DNA of 64,000 nt from Minutocellus sp. GHC0000111. Taxonomy: Eukaryota. Position 1 is the stretch's first letter, and the number at the start of each line of letters is the position of its first letter. The stretch spans positions 930,001 through 994,000 of the forward strand of contig OZ361256.1 in NCBI GenBank assembly GCA_977018835.1, written 5' to 3'. A program made the position numbers and the translations under genes. Positions 1 to 11,927 of this stretch are shown here, piece after piece. The notes under the pieces were generated by a model that saw nothing but the letters and a program-made list of their open reading frames with translations, was not told where the DNA came from and made no database searches.

Positions 1-1615
1 AATGGAACGCGGATCCACTTGGCAACGATTGTTGTGGTTGCAAGCTTGACTAGAAGTGCGATGGAAATTGCAATCGTCTGGCCATAGAGAGCATTTCTCG
101 GCTGAGACGCGGGGGCAGGGGTGAGACCATATTGGAGGGTCATCAGCGCCCCAAATGGACCAAGGACGATGGCATATCCTGTCTGAAGTGAAATAGCTCG
201 GCTGACGGACGCCAAAATGACGAGGGTGGTAAATGATCCCAGGAAGGTCCACCATACCTGCCACCATGGCATGGCTGGTGGAGGTTGAAGTCCACCTCCT
301 TTGCACTTCTTGGCGGTCACCTGGGTTTTGTGCTTGACACCATTTCGATCTCTCTTGCGAGACCTTCGCGATACGAAGCGCTAACACTCTTTCGAAGTTT
401 CTTGGTGCGCTTTCTAAAGCTCTTGGACACAGATCGTCGGAAGGATCTGGAGCTCTTCTTCTTGGACAGCTTGGGGATCTTTTGTGCTTCGACGTCATCG
501 TCGTCGTCATTGCCATCTATATCGTCGCCGTTCTCAAAAAGCGTCGAGAATGCATAGATGACCTGCATCTTGGCCTTGACGCGACGGAGGGTATGCGCAG
601 TGCGGGTTTGCTTGACGCCGATGCTCGCCTCTTGGGTGATGGCGTTGGCCGAGATGCAACCGATCAGATCGGCGCTAACGCGAAGATGAGCGTCATTCGC
701 CTTCTCGGTCAACTGGTCCTCACAGGCAGTCTCTCTCGCCAGATACAAGACAATGCCCCGATGTCCACGAATATCAAAGGAAACTCCTGTAGCCTTGCCA
801 AAGCCAGCTTGCTCAAGCATTTGCATCCGAAGATACGGGGGTTGGTCCGGGTCGCTAGTGATGGCTGAGACGTTGCGCCATAGACAATGATGATTGTGAG
901 TACCGAGAAGACCCCAGAAATATCCAGCCAATCCGGCACCTGGAATCTGAGGCAAGGGCGGGACAAAGTCGCTGCGCGTCACGTCTTCAATACGAGCCAA
1001 TGCCCGCTGTTCCGTGGCATTTTTGCCTTTGTAGGCGTAATGTCTCCACCAACCTCCAGGAGCATGATGGAACGACCCATCATCCTCGTCCAAGAACCAA
1101 ACATCAATAGCATTGATTCCAAATGCGTTGGTACCGGCATTGTGGATGGCCGCCGTAAAGGCACGGGTGTGATGATCAATGTCGAATTCGTCGTCATCAT
1201 CGTCCACGTCGCCAAACTCATCTCGGACAGCCGTCAGGGCATCGGCGAAGCTGAGGCTGTTGCTGGAATTGTTCCTCGCGAGGCTGCTGCTCGAGCCATT
1301 GCGACTACTGCCCAAGGTACGGGCAGATCCCATGGAATTGCGCGACGAAGTGCGATTGAGCCTCGACGCCGATCGATTCGCGGCAGCGATGGCGGCAAGG
1401 TTGTTGATGGACGACACGCGACGGTCGGTACGACGAGGAGCATCGTTAAGGTTTGTGCTTGCCGACGATGACGATTGTTCTTGGCCGGAAAGGGACGGTG
1501 ACGAATCATCTCGGAGGGGCAAGGTCCCCGTCGAAAGATTGCGAGAGCCCATTGGTACTTTGTGCGTAGATCGAGAATTAGCTGGTATCCTGTGGCTTTT
1601 ATTGGATTGTGGCAA
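1..1615 (-). CDS. HPP-family membrane protein with a long soluble N-terminus; frameshift near 350; 3' end runs off the window
   Basis: ORF 317-1615 stops at KPR*. Another frame continues from ~350 as DRNGVKHKTQVTARSAKE-type linker sequence into MPWWQVWWTFLGSFTTLVILA...LGPFGALMTLQYGLTPAPASQPRNALYGQ, the SQPRN region typical of HPP proteins. The exact frameshift position (about 300-355) is uncertain. Confidence 0.75.
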
Positions 1616-2284
1616 GGCATCTCAGCGAGAGTCCAGCGTTCTCCAGCCCTGGCTGAGAAAAAGCCGAAGGCGGCCGGGAAAGTGCCGGCAGTTGATGGGC
1701 AGTTCCGCCACGCACATTTTCCACGCGCACACGTTCGAGCACGTGTCCCAAGTCGGCCGGCCCGTAAAAAGAGGGTTAGTTCGGCCGGGCCGGATGGAGA
1801 GCTATGGCACCACCGATGCCAGGTGCTTGACCACGTACTGGAGATCAGGGACACAAGCTAGATCGATCAAGCGCAGTTGCTATAGTTTTATGATCGGTGC
1901 CGGTAGGCCTACCGTTACCGTTGCTCAGTCCTTATATTTTCTCTTTCCCAGACAGAGAGAAAGACCAGCACTTCGTTGAGAAATAGGAAGTTCCTATTAT
2001 TGCGTCTGCTACACATAAGCCGCCATAAAAATAAATGCGGCAGCTTCGTGTTGGCCAGTATCTTCACAATCGTATAAACGAGGTTGAAGCAGGTCATGGT
2101 GGAAAACAGGCCGATGTTGAAACAACATCGATGAATGCAAGCAATGTGAATACCGGTACACCGACGAAGAAATAAATAACAACCATACCGGTACACCATC
2201 CCAATGTAAAAATACTGGCATTAAACATCGATGAATAGAAATGCCAGCTCTTGGAGAAAAGACAAAGGCACTCAACAGGAGCTT

Positions 2285-3258
2285 TCACTCGTTCCGTCCC
2301 TTGAGGCTGTATTTCTGAGCATCCTTCTCCAGCTGTTCCTTCATCTTCAGATCTTCGTTGCCGCCCTCCTCCGTAACGACAACCTGCTGGCCAATCATCT
2401 TCAGACAGGGGTTGAGTACCGGCCGGGTCCAGGAACGAACTCCACGGACGATACCACCAAAGAACCTGCCGACCGGATTTCCCTTCTTCTTATTGCCCTG
2501 AATGTCGGATGACTTGACCTTGATCTTCTCACTGGAATCTTCCGTCGAGGCCTCACCGGGCTTTTGATTGGCAGATGCCGCCAGGGATGAGGACGACTCC
2601 GACAAAGCAGCCACTTCGTCCTTGCTCACGGCACTGGTAATGGTGGCCAGAGCTGCCTTTTCATCCGATACCTTGCTGACATTCATATTGGATGTGTTCT
2701 TGCTCTTCGATTTCTTGTTGTCATCACTACCAGCTGCATTCGAGCTGGAGGGTGATGTCTTCTTTTTGACGGCCGCGCCGGTAGAAGCTGGCTTGGCCGA
2801 TGCCTTGGATAACTTTCCAGCGTCAGATGAGCTCGGAGGATCCGCAGCAGCGGCGACGGGTTTGTGCTCGGAGTTGGCCGACTTTTCGGCGGAGGCGGCT
2901 GGTTTGGCAGTGGTGTTGGCGCTGGCTGGTCCAGAGACACACCCCTTGCATCGGCTGGTACCAGAACCCTTCATCCACTGGATGATTGATAGTAGTAAAT
3001 ATAGGGGAAGAAAATGATAAATTAGAAGGTGATTTATTCGCAAAATGGAAGTCACCGGTGGTCATCAGAACGCATAAATCTTCTCCCGGAAGAAAAAACA
3101 GCATAAAGATGTGCCGGAAACTGTCCGCAGAGAGAACCTCGAAAGATACGATGACGGTGACCACGCAAGGAACCCATGGCACGCACCTGATTCTTGCTGA
3201 ACTCGGACCGGCCCAGGGCCTCGTTGCAGCCGGCGCACGTGCGGAGCTTGGTCGGCAT
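2285..3258 (-). CDS. Stc1-type zinc-ribbon protein with a low-complexity tail; 2 exons (3258-3187, 2977-2285)
   Basis: MPTKLRTCAGCNEALGRSEFSKNQ joins WMKGSGTSRCKGCV across a GT(gcgt)...CAG intron at 3186-2978. This gives the CxxC...FSKNQW...CxxC motif. Confidence 0.7.
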
Positions 3259-3337
3259 GTTGCGTTGGAGGAGATAACGGTCTTTTGACCGGCTTTGCTC
3301 GCTGCTCTCGCCGATAGTTTGCTTGCCGCCATCTCTA

Positions 3338-3558
3338 TGCCTTTGCGCATAAGGGGCGGATTTTTTGAATAAAATGGGCGCGCCCCTCAGGGGCGCCCAT
3401 TTTTTCCCAAAAAGGCTCTTTCAGGCTCTTTTTCAAGGGACAGACCGTCCTTTGTACGTAGTAAAATGCTAGTAACGGACGACGTACGGACCATTTTGAG
3501 CCTCTGGCGAGCGAGCGATTTAAGGGGCGCCCCCCTGAGCCCCTTATGCGCAAAGGCC
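3338..3558. mobile_element. MITE, about 221 bp, with (G/T)GCC...GGCC termini and TA flanks
   Basis: Perfect 19-bp inverted repeat GCCTTTGCGCATAAGGGGC at 3339-3357 and 3539-3557. TA lies at 3336-3337 and 3559-3560. No coding capacity. Confidence 0.8.
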
Positions 3559-4155
3559 TAGCTACCGCCATCGCATCGATCGCCAGCGCAGCATAGATCG
3601 TTTCAGCATAGAGGGGCAGAGCTTAGGGGCGCGCAAAAGATACGGGGGATCTGTCGGATCTACTGCCATGCCAGATGTCATGTCACGAACGCACGCAATA
3701 GCAGCGAAGGCAGCCACAGCGTGATGATATGATCGACACGACACAAGGAACATTGATAGTATGCCAACTATCGAGCATCAGGCTAAATTGCAAAATCTGC
3801 AGATGCCGGATAATTGAGGCCATGGGCTGCAGTGGAATCTTTCTTTTTTATCCGGTGTCGATGTGCCGTGTGTCAACTTCGTGTTGGAACACGCCAAGGC
3901 GTTTGAAGCCGTAGCCAAGCGTGGAGATGAGGAATTCGAGTTAAAAATCGCAATAAACGCATTCTGGCTGGTGTACAAATTATTCGAAATATATCCACGC
4001 CCACGCTGAAGTGGATCACAGTACGTTCATTTCGCGATCATGAACTCTGTGCCTGTATCAGTAGTGTTACTGCGCGTGTCACAGTCGACCGGCTGCGATC
4101 GGACCGCATCACAATTTCACTTTCTGCATCAATTGCAAAGCATCTATCAATTTCC

Positions 4156-5686
4156 ATGCCAACTCTTGTCACAAAGATGTCTGGAGATTGTAATGCGGTC
4201 GTCGTCGAGGAAGCATCAGCAGCGGCTGTCGCCGTCGCTGCTGCCGATATCAAAGTAGATGATGACTTTGCCATCTGGCTTCGTCTCGATTCCAAGCCTG
4301 GTAAGAAAGAATATATTCCACGCTTTGAAGGACGGGTGAGTTGTATGAATCATATACATGCCATCTCACCACATGTTTGCTTTACAACACTACGTGCTTG
4401 TAGGCGCTCCGATCCAACGCTTCTTGCTGAGCAATCTTCCTGAGCCAACTTGTGATTATCTCGCCAAGGAGGCAATTCGGCGGACTTTCCCCGATGAGGA
4501 GAAGCCGGTCGAGGTCGGAAATTACCAAGTTTCCCTCAAGGACTGTCTCGACGATTGGGAGATCGATATCAAAACAACGGAGGATCTTCAACGAGCCATC
4601 AGTGAGCACGGCAACAAGAGCATGCGTCGTCTGAAGGTATCGGCCACCGTTCGTCGCAAGGAGGACATGAAAGATGCTATGAAGGCTGCCATCTTCAAAT
4701 TTATTGCTGCAAAGGGTTCTATTGATGAAGACACTATGAACGAGACCATCCGCGCCACTGGTTTTACGAGAGAGTTTATCTTGAACAAGGCATCAACTGG
4801 TACCAAGATACCTGTCGCTGTCGCTGCTCCCATTGCTCCGATTACTCCGAATCCTGTCGCTGTATCATCGGCTTCCACCGCCGCCGCCTTCGCCTCAGCC
4901 TCGGTCGCTAAGCCCACCGCTACAAAGGCTACTCCAACCAATACCAAGTACAAGTTGCCCGCCAAGGGACGGCGCAAGAGTACTACAACCACCGCTGGGA
5001 AGGACAAAGGATCTGTCAAAGAGCGACTTCTTGGCGCGCTCGGCAAACTCCACACAATAGGGATCTACGAGGCTCCACGTATTCAGCTTGCACTTTGGTC
5101 TGGATATCTAAATGTCAATTCAGCTGGCTTTGCAAAGGCTTTGAGCCAGACAAAGAAGGAGGGCTTGATCCAGTATCCATCCGGCAAGACTGTGTCGCTG
5201 ACTGATACGGGCCGCCAGACCGAGGCTGCCAAAAGCACCGTCCCCCCAAAGGACAATGCTGCCGTTCATGTTCAAATCAAGAGCCTCCTCAAGCCTATTC
5301 AAATCAGAATGTTTGACTTGTTGGCGAATGGAGCCGTCCAGACCCGGGAAGAGCTTGCTGCTGGAATGGGATATACGAATCTCAACTCAGCCGGCTACGC
5401 CAAGAGCCTCTCTAGGATGAGTTCTCTTGGCCTAATACATTACCCCAAGGATGCTAGTGGCAAGAAGAAGAAACTTGTGCAGTTGTCATCTATCTGCTTC
5501 CCATTCAAGGTATCAGCCGTCATCACCAATGTGCACCCTGATGGCAGAGCATTCCTCATTCCTACCCCGCCTCCTGCCATGGTGCCGGCGGCACCTCTTG
5601 CCGATACTGCTACCTCCGCCACGATTCCCGGCCAGGGCAATCTCCTGCCTCCTCCTCAACTTGCCATGCCAGGCCTTCCGCCTTGA
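4156..5686 (+). CDS. Hypothetical protein with a PB1-like N-terminal domain and two tandem winged-helix-like repeats; intron 4301-4403
   Basis: GTAAG donor at 4301 and TAG acceptor at 4403 join SKPG to APIQRF in frame. The internal repeat is SGYLNVNSAGFAKALSQTKKEGLIQYP versus MGYTNLNSAGYAKSLSRMSSLGLIHYP. Domain labels are by eye. Confidence 0.7.
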
Positions 5687-5970
5687 ACCGGGCCAGGCCT
5701 TTACTGCCTGACGCCGTGCTCGTACCGCGAGCTGTGACGGCACAAGCGAATAATTAATCTTAGAAGCAAAATAAAATTTCTTTTATATACGAGGTCAGAT
5801 TCGCGAGAAATCGAGCGCCCGGATTTTGACTGCTTTCGAGGGGATTGAAAAGCGCCTCGAAGAATAGTCATGCTGAAATATTTAAGAAAATGGCTATTTT
5901 TACTCTAATTTTGATTTATCTTCATGTGAAACAATAATTCGGATAAGACTTTAGATTTCAGCGGCTCTAA

Positions 5971-6420
5971 TCAAATGGACGCGTTCGTGCGACGCGACGG
6001 TTCGGCCTCCATCTCGTCTTCATCTTGAACGATGGCATGATACTCGCCTCGGATCGGCAGTACGATGCATTCGTCCCGGATCTCGCACCACAGCCAATCC
6101 GGGATGAGCTTGAGCTTCTTTAGCTCCCGCTTCACGCCGTTGAACTTGTAGATGAAGGTAACTGAGGAGTGGAACATCTCCGCGGCCTTGTCGTACACCG
6201 ATTCAGTTATTGCCACGACATCATCCATGTCGAGGGGCATGTTCTCGGCCCTTATCGCCCGGCAGACGAGTCGACTGACGACATTGAGGAGCATGTGCTT
6301 CTCAAAATCCTCGGGCCCGTCAATCTTGAGAGTTTTCTCCTGGTCAATGATGATGGCCAAGACAGCGGTGAGCATGTGTTCAATCCATTTGTGTCTCGGG
6401 CGGAAGTCGAAGCTGAGCAT
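5971..6420 (-). CDS. 149-aa accessory ORF of unknown function inside the mariner element, divergent from the transposase
   Basis: ATG-initiated ORF with globular composition and an AT-rich 3' region facing the left TIR. The + strand reading in the same register has stops (6121, 6163) and antisense-shadow composition. Confidence 0.55.
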   Translation of the reverse strand: MLSFDFRPRHKWIEHMLTAVLAIIIDQEKTLKIDGPEDFEKHMLLNVVSRLVCRAIRAENMPLDMDDVVAITESVYDKAAEMFHSSVTFIYKFNGVKRELKKLKLIPDWLWCEIRDECIVLPIRGEYHAIVQDEDEMEAEPSRRTNASI

Positions 6421-6438
6421 TTCGATGACGCGATCCGC

Positions 6439-7897
6439 ATGCTTGGACCGGTATACTGCTTCCCAACGAGTGCCGATGATTCATCTGATTCGGCCGCCTT
6501 CCGTTCTGTCATCGACGATCTTGCAACGGCGACCCGGCGGCACACTGCACCATGTCTCTTTGCAATTGCCAAGTACAGGGAGCAGGCAAAGGTGGACTAT
6601 TCGGTGCTGTCCAGCGCAGAGCATGGTGCACGATTTTCGGGATGGATGAAGGCGTATGGTGCTCTACCTGCATCTGAGAAGGCGATGTGGGAGATGAAGA
6701 GGAGATCTCATCTGGCTATGCAGCCATACATTCGAGATGTTATTGTTGATGCTCTGATACGAAATCCTCGGGAATCTTGGCGGGAGCTGGAGGTGGATGT
6801 CAACTTTTGGTGTCCCTACTCGGCAATACGGCGGTGGATAATGTCGCGGGAAGGGTTCCGGTACTATGCCGAAAGGATCATCCCTCTCCTTACTACACAT
6901 CAGATGGAGAAACATTTGGCATTTGCGCGGAAATTCCGAAACAATTGGGGGCTCGGCGGTGGCAAGTTTCTCCTTGTTATGTTCGATGAGAAGTGGTTTT
7001 GGGGCTTGGTTCTTCGATCGTATGCCAAGCAAGTTGCAGAATTGGGTATTGATCCTCGGTCCTTCTCGGCATATCACCGAAATCACATCAACAAGTAAGT
7101 GCATGGTGGTGGCTGTCACTGCCTTGGCTCTTATTGACAGCATTGAGAATGGCGGCATTGCGTTCAAGCTTGGACTTTTTCGGGCTCAGGCGCATAAAAT
7201 TGCGAGGCAGATGGTAAGGGAGGCGGTGCGGCAGGCAGATGGTAGAATCAAATATTGCGGCCCGGTGGTTCGGAAGAAAGACGATCTATACCTTGTGGAT
7301 TGCGCGGTGACTGGATGCAGCCATGGCACCCTTGATAATCCCAAGTTCCCACTGAAAGCTTTGTTTGAGAACAAGATATTTCCGGATGTTGAGGCTTTGG
7401 TCGGACCTGGCGGAAAGTTTGAAGGCTATGTCCCTATTTTCCAGGGCGACAATGCTGGGCCCCATGCCGAGACTGAATTTGTGGAATATGTGGAAGGATA
7501 CTGTCGGGACAAGGGATGGCGTTGGGAACCTCAGGCCCCGCAAATGCCCCATATGAATGTTCTTGATCTGTCTGTTTTCCCTTGCATGTCAAAGCAGCAT
7601 ACAATGTTGTGCCGCGATCGGGAGGGGCTGAAGGTTTTGACAGAGGATCAGACTTGGGATGCAGCGGAGGAAGTTTGGATGGGGCTGGAAAACTGGAAGA
7701 TCGCATCGGCATACATCCAGGCTCATAGAATTGCAAAGAAGGTAATCGTTGCAAAAGGCAACAATGATTTTCTTGGAAACGGTGAAGGCATTCATGTTGG
7801 GGTGCGAAAGGATTTCAGGCCGACTGAAAATGGCATGGTTCGGATAGATGGGAAAATTATCGCTCCTCCTCCTGCTGATCCAACCATGGATAATTAG
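6439..7897 (+). pseudogene. Mariner-type transposase (DD38D), frameshifted by a 4-bp AAGT duplication at 7093-7100
   Basis: Catalytic motifs are FDEKWF, QGDNAGPH and PQMPHMNVLDLSVF. An HTH-like segment (NPRESWRELE...SAIRRWI) and PLLT lie upstream. Removing one AAGT restores HINKCMVVAVTA. Confidence 0.85.
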
Positions 7898-8185
7898 TCC
7901 TGCGGTGCTTTTAAGTTATATTGTGTTTAATAATACTAGATTGGATTGTAGATCTGGATACTAGCTGCTGCAATACCTAGGTACATGCACTTTGCATTGT
8001 ACATGTATTCAATGCCGGTAGATCTAAGATTCAGGCGGTTGCGGGCCCAAAAAGTCGCTGTTTTGGTCCCGACCCTGCGCTCGATTTCTCGCGAAACGGA
8101 CTTCGTAAGTCTACCAATGTAAAGCAAATGTGAGAGCATTAGTATGACGGCGAAAAGATATATCGGGCGTCCACAGAATAACGCC

Positions 8186-10437
8186 TCAATGAATGCTCGC
8201 TCGACTGGCTTGAATATGGATGGAGCGTGCGCCCCAGCTGCCCTGATCGTCATCTTCGTCGTCAGCATTATCTGGCTCGTAATCGAATGGCTCGGCGCCA
8301 CCCCCTTCCTGCTCAATAACATCATTCACCAGGGAATGGTCGACAAGTAGACGGCTTGAATCTTGCTCGGCAAAAAGCATATTCGCGAAAGTATAACCAA
8401 CGAGGACGTCGCCATACTTGAAGCGCTTGTAAGCGTGGACAGTCGAAGCACTGACATTGGAAATTCCCGTCAGGGTCACAATAAGATCAGTGAACTGCAG
8501 AGCGTTTCGAATATCGTGAGGGTTGTTCCAGTCCGCTGGCCAATAACCACCGTTCTGCCGGATCATACTGCGAGCAAATTTGTTGAGGAGGGGTGAATTG
8601 CCATCGAGAGTGTGCCTACCGACCCAGACCCTCGAAAAGAATGGATGCTCGAATTCCGTCAAATTGACCTTGCGATACATGGCGATGCTCAAAGATTCTC
8701 CCTTCTTCTTGCGATTATTGGCGGCGACCAATTTGAGCTGAGCGTCCATAATCTCACCGCCTCTCTCGTTGCACAGTGAATTGACCACCTGGAAGTGAAG
8801 CACAGGACACGGCAGAATGAACCCATCTGTCTGCTTCACCGTCACCTCTCCGCCGGTATTAGGGGGGCTCTTGTGAGACAGATTAGGTGTGGCAAGGATA
8901 TTCCTCTCCGACGGCTGAGGTATGCGTCGATTGTCCGAACCGTCCCCATACGTAATGCAAACGGCGTCAGAGAATTCAATCTGAGCATGCGATTGGACGC
9001 GCTGAATCTTGCCAAAAAGAATGGCAGCGCACATACCAGCGTAGAGCAGACCAATAAAAGATTCCGTCGTACAAAGACCGTTGACAACCCAGCAATTCTC
9101 TTGTGGGCCGTGGTCGTTGCCCGTGGCCGTGTACAGCGCGCCGTAACCGACGGTAGTGAACTGGAACGAGAAAAAATAGAGGTTGAAGGGAGGTCGGTGG
9201 TGAGAGATAATATTCATCCATATAACGCAACAACTTATCCAACAAAAATGATTATCCAACCAAAAACTTACCGTAGTCCAAGACAATCCGTAGGCATCGG
9301 CAAGGGTGGTATTGGGGTTGGTACCAAAGGGTTCTCCAGCGACGACGATGCATTCTGGATGTCTCTTGCCAGCAATCTCCAGGAAGCCACCGAATGCCAA
9401 GGTAAGGACCATGAAGATGACCAAAAATGTCAAGAAGACCATGAAGAAACCGGCCCGGAACGTCCAGTTGATGTACCGGCAAAAGTACGTGTTGGGCGTG
9501 TACACATTCTCGTCGACGTTGGGTGCGAGGAAGCCAAACATTTGATCGGCACAGTTCTGGTGCTTCTTGATCGATTTGACCGTGAACTGCATCCGCTCGT
9601 CGAAGGAGTCATCGTCATCGAAGGACTCTTCGTCTTCGTCGACGGCACTTTCTGGACTGGCACCATTTTCGATGTTGTCGGAATTGTAGCTGTCTCGAAA
9701 TCGATTGACGCTGGCCTGCTTTGTGTTGGTGGGAGTTACCGCCGTATTGGCGGCTCGTTCCGTGCGGTTTATGTCGTTATCCTGCGGGCCTGAACCATCG
9801 CCGTTGCTGTCTTTGGCCAAGATGCTGGCAGATAGGGCAGCAGGAACATTGTTTTGCACATTCCGACCCACGTTGGTCTTCCATCGGAGCCATCCGGTCA
9901 TCGGCTTCCGCTGTGCCTTTGGCCGAATCTGTTCGCCGGGGAGGACGCGGAGTAAAAAATGAGGGGCCGGGGAGGGCGTCGAGGAATGAAGCAATGAGAT
10001 ACGGGCGCAAGTCAAGTTGAGCGAGAATTATAAACCACAAAGATGCGCACAATGATACAATGGCAACATGGAATAACTGGTTTGCTATACTGGGAACAAT
10101 TAATTGTCCCTCGTTTGTGTCGGCCAAAAACAACAGCAGCATCACACACGAATTCAAGCAACGTACCTGCACCTGTTGTGCCCATAACAGCCTACCGATA
10201 CAAAGACAATATGCGATGAGCAAATAGAAGAGTTAGATGGGACGGAAAACATATCTGTAACAGAATAAACCAAGTCAAGCGTTTGTCAAGTAAGTCGTTA
10301 ATGCGGCCACCAAAAAACGACTGGTTCAGCACAAGCATGCACACGCACCCTTCATCTTCGTCGACGTCCTTGACGATCCTGTCCCGCTCTCCCAGGTGCT
10401 GGGAGTTCTTCCGTCTCGGCTTGCGGCGCTTGGGCAT
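8186..10437 (-). CDS. Inward-rectifier-like potassium channel; exons 10437-10349, 10191-10167, 9928-9272, 9160-8186
   Basis: The selectivity filter SWTT|FTTVGYG forms across intron 9271-9161. Two TM helices and a Kir-type cytoplasmic domain (IEFSDAVCI, HTLDGNSPL) are present. The two upstream exons join in frame through GT-AG sites but are less certain. Confidence 0.85.
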
Positions 10438-10762
10438 CGTGGTCGGTACGAAGAAGAGAGCTGGCGTGGTCCTGGAAGCGCTGGACTCGGTTCGTATCAT
10501 CAAGGCCAGTACCGCCTGGGACAAGTTGTGTCGGTTTGCTTTCTGGCGTTGTTACTTCGGGGGAGATCCGGGGATGAAGTACGAAATTTTCCCCCTCAAA
10601 AGCCAAAGAGAGGTCGAGCCGACTGAGTGGCTGCGAAGGATGGCTGAGAGAGGTGCTTGCATTGAGGATATTTTGCAATTTGATTCAAAATGCATCAAAT
10701 ACAGTCTACAAGTTTAGCTCTACAAACGAAATAATGTGGCATATCCACCATCACATAGGGAG

Positions 10763-11372
10763 TTATTGCCAGGCATCGTCATCAGAGTCATCCATGACAA
10801 TCGACTTGCTTGCCGTTTTGTTGGCAATCTCCTCCTCCTTCTCGTCATTCTCAACATCCTCCCATACCCTACGCTCAGCCCGTTGCTCAGCTCTTAGTGC
10901 CTCCTTGACGGCTCGTTCCACCCACAGTATCCTCCGTTCGGTGGTATCCCCATCGGGTCTGAGAGGGGGCAGCCGTCGATCGGCCCACATCCTGGCACCA
11001 CTCACATCGCTCAAGCCAGCACATACCATCACCACACCGCTCAGTGCACCAAAGTGCCAAGGTTTGACGGCCAATACAATCTCGCACAGTTCCTTGCTCT
11101 CCTTGAGTCGGCCCTGCAGATACATAAGAGTTGCCAGCCGATTGACGGGTTCGGCCCAATGCACCCCGTGTTCCTCGATGAGGGCACGGAGCTTGGTCTC
11201 GGCCTCGTCCCAGTACTGCGGACCGTTCATGCTGAGCTGTTCGGCTGCCTTGAGTTCCTTGGCGGCGCTAGCCCCTCGCTCTTCGAACCACAGAGTCCAC
11301 AGATCCGATAGCGGCTCGTCCGAGTCCATGAGGCCTGACAAACATTCCATCTCGGCGTCCAATCGAGCAATA
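10763..11372 (-). pseudogene. TPR-repeat protein lacking its 5' end
   Basis: WAEPVNRLATLMYLQGRLKESKELCEIVLAVKPWHFGALSG is a TPR-like motif. Upstream of ~11372 the sequence belongs to a different gene in another frame. Confidence 0.65.
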
Positions 11373-11927
11373 GTACGCCAAGTAAGCGTAATCTTCCAAA
11401 TCCCCGAAATCATCGTTCCTTAGCATTTCCGGATTGGATTGCAAATCGCTCGTCTTGACAATGTCAAAGTTGCAATGCGGATAGGCGCTGGACTCCTCAC
11501 ACCCGTCAAAGAAAAGACACTCGGGCGAGCCAATCTCAAAGTTGGTCGAATCGCATTCCTGTACGTCGCCCTCGGCGGTGATGATGGTGACGGCGGATCC
11601 ACTGACGGTACGGGCTAGATCGTTCTGGCAGGCGGAGGAATCGACGTCAATCTGACAGGCGATCTCGGCGGCGCAGGTGTCACCCGCACCGCCGAGGACG
11701 GGCGTTTCGTCACCCGAGGCATATCCCTTGATGCCCACCGGATTGGCACGACATTGCGAACCCGAAAAAGATGATTTGTCGTCTTCATAGTAGACAAAAT
11801 ACAGGTATGGTTCGGACGGTGCTGCGTCGGCGGCGAGATGGTTGCTACATGTGCTAAGTGCACAGAAGAGGACGATGGCAGAGGCCAGAATGGAAGTACC
11901 GGTGGTGGAGAGGCGTGGGCAAATCAT
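11373..11927 (-). pseudogene. Secreted Cys-rich protein, 3'-truncated at the junction with the TPR gene
   Basis: Hydrophobic signal (ILASAIVLFCALSTCS) and a Cys-rich domain. A second repeat begins (YAYLAYY, compare YLYFVYY) and then breaks into out-of-frame TPR sequence. Confidence 0.55.

Larger units (their letters stand above)
5790..8105 (+). mobile_element. Tc1/mariner (IS630-like) DNA transposon, 2316 bp
   Basis: 29-bp TIRs at 5790-5818 (CGAGGTCAGATTCGCGAGAAATCGAGCGC) and 8077-8105 differ at 3 positions. TA flanks both ends (5788-89, 8106-07). A DDD transposase lies inside. Confidence 0.93.
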
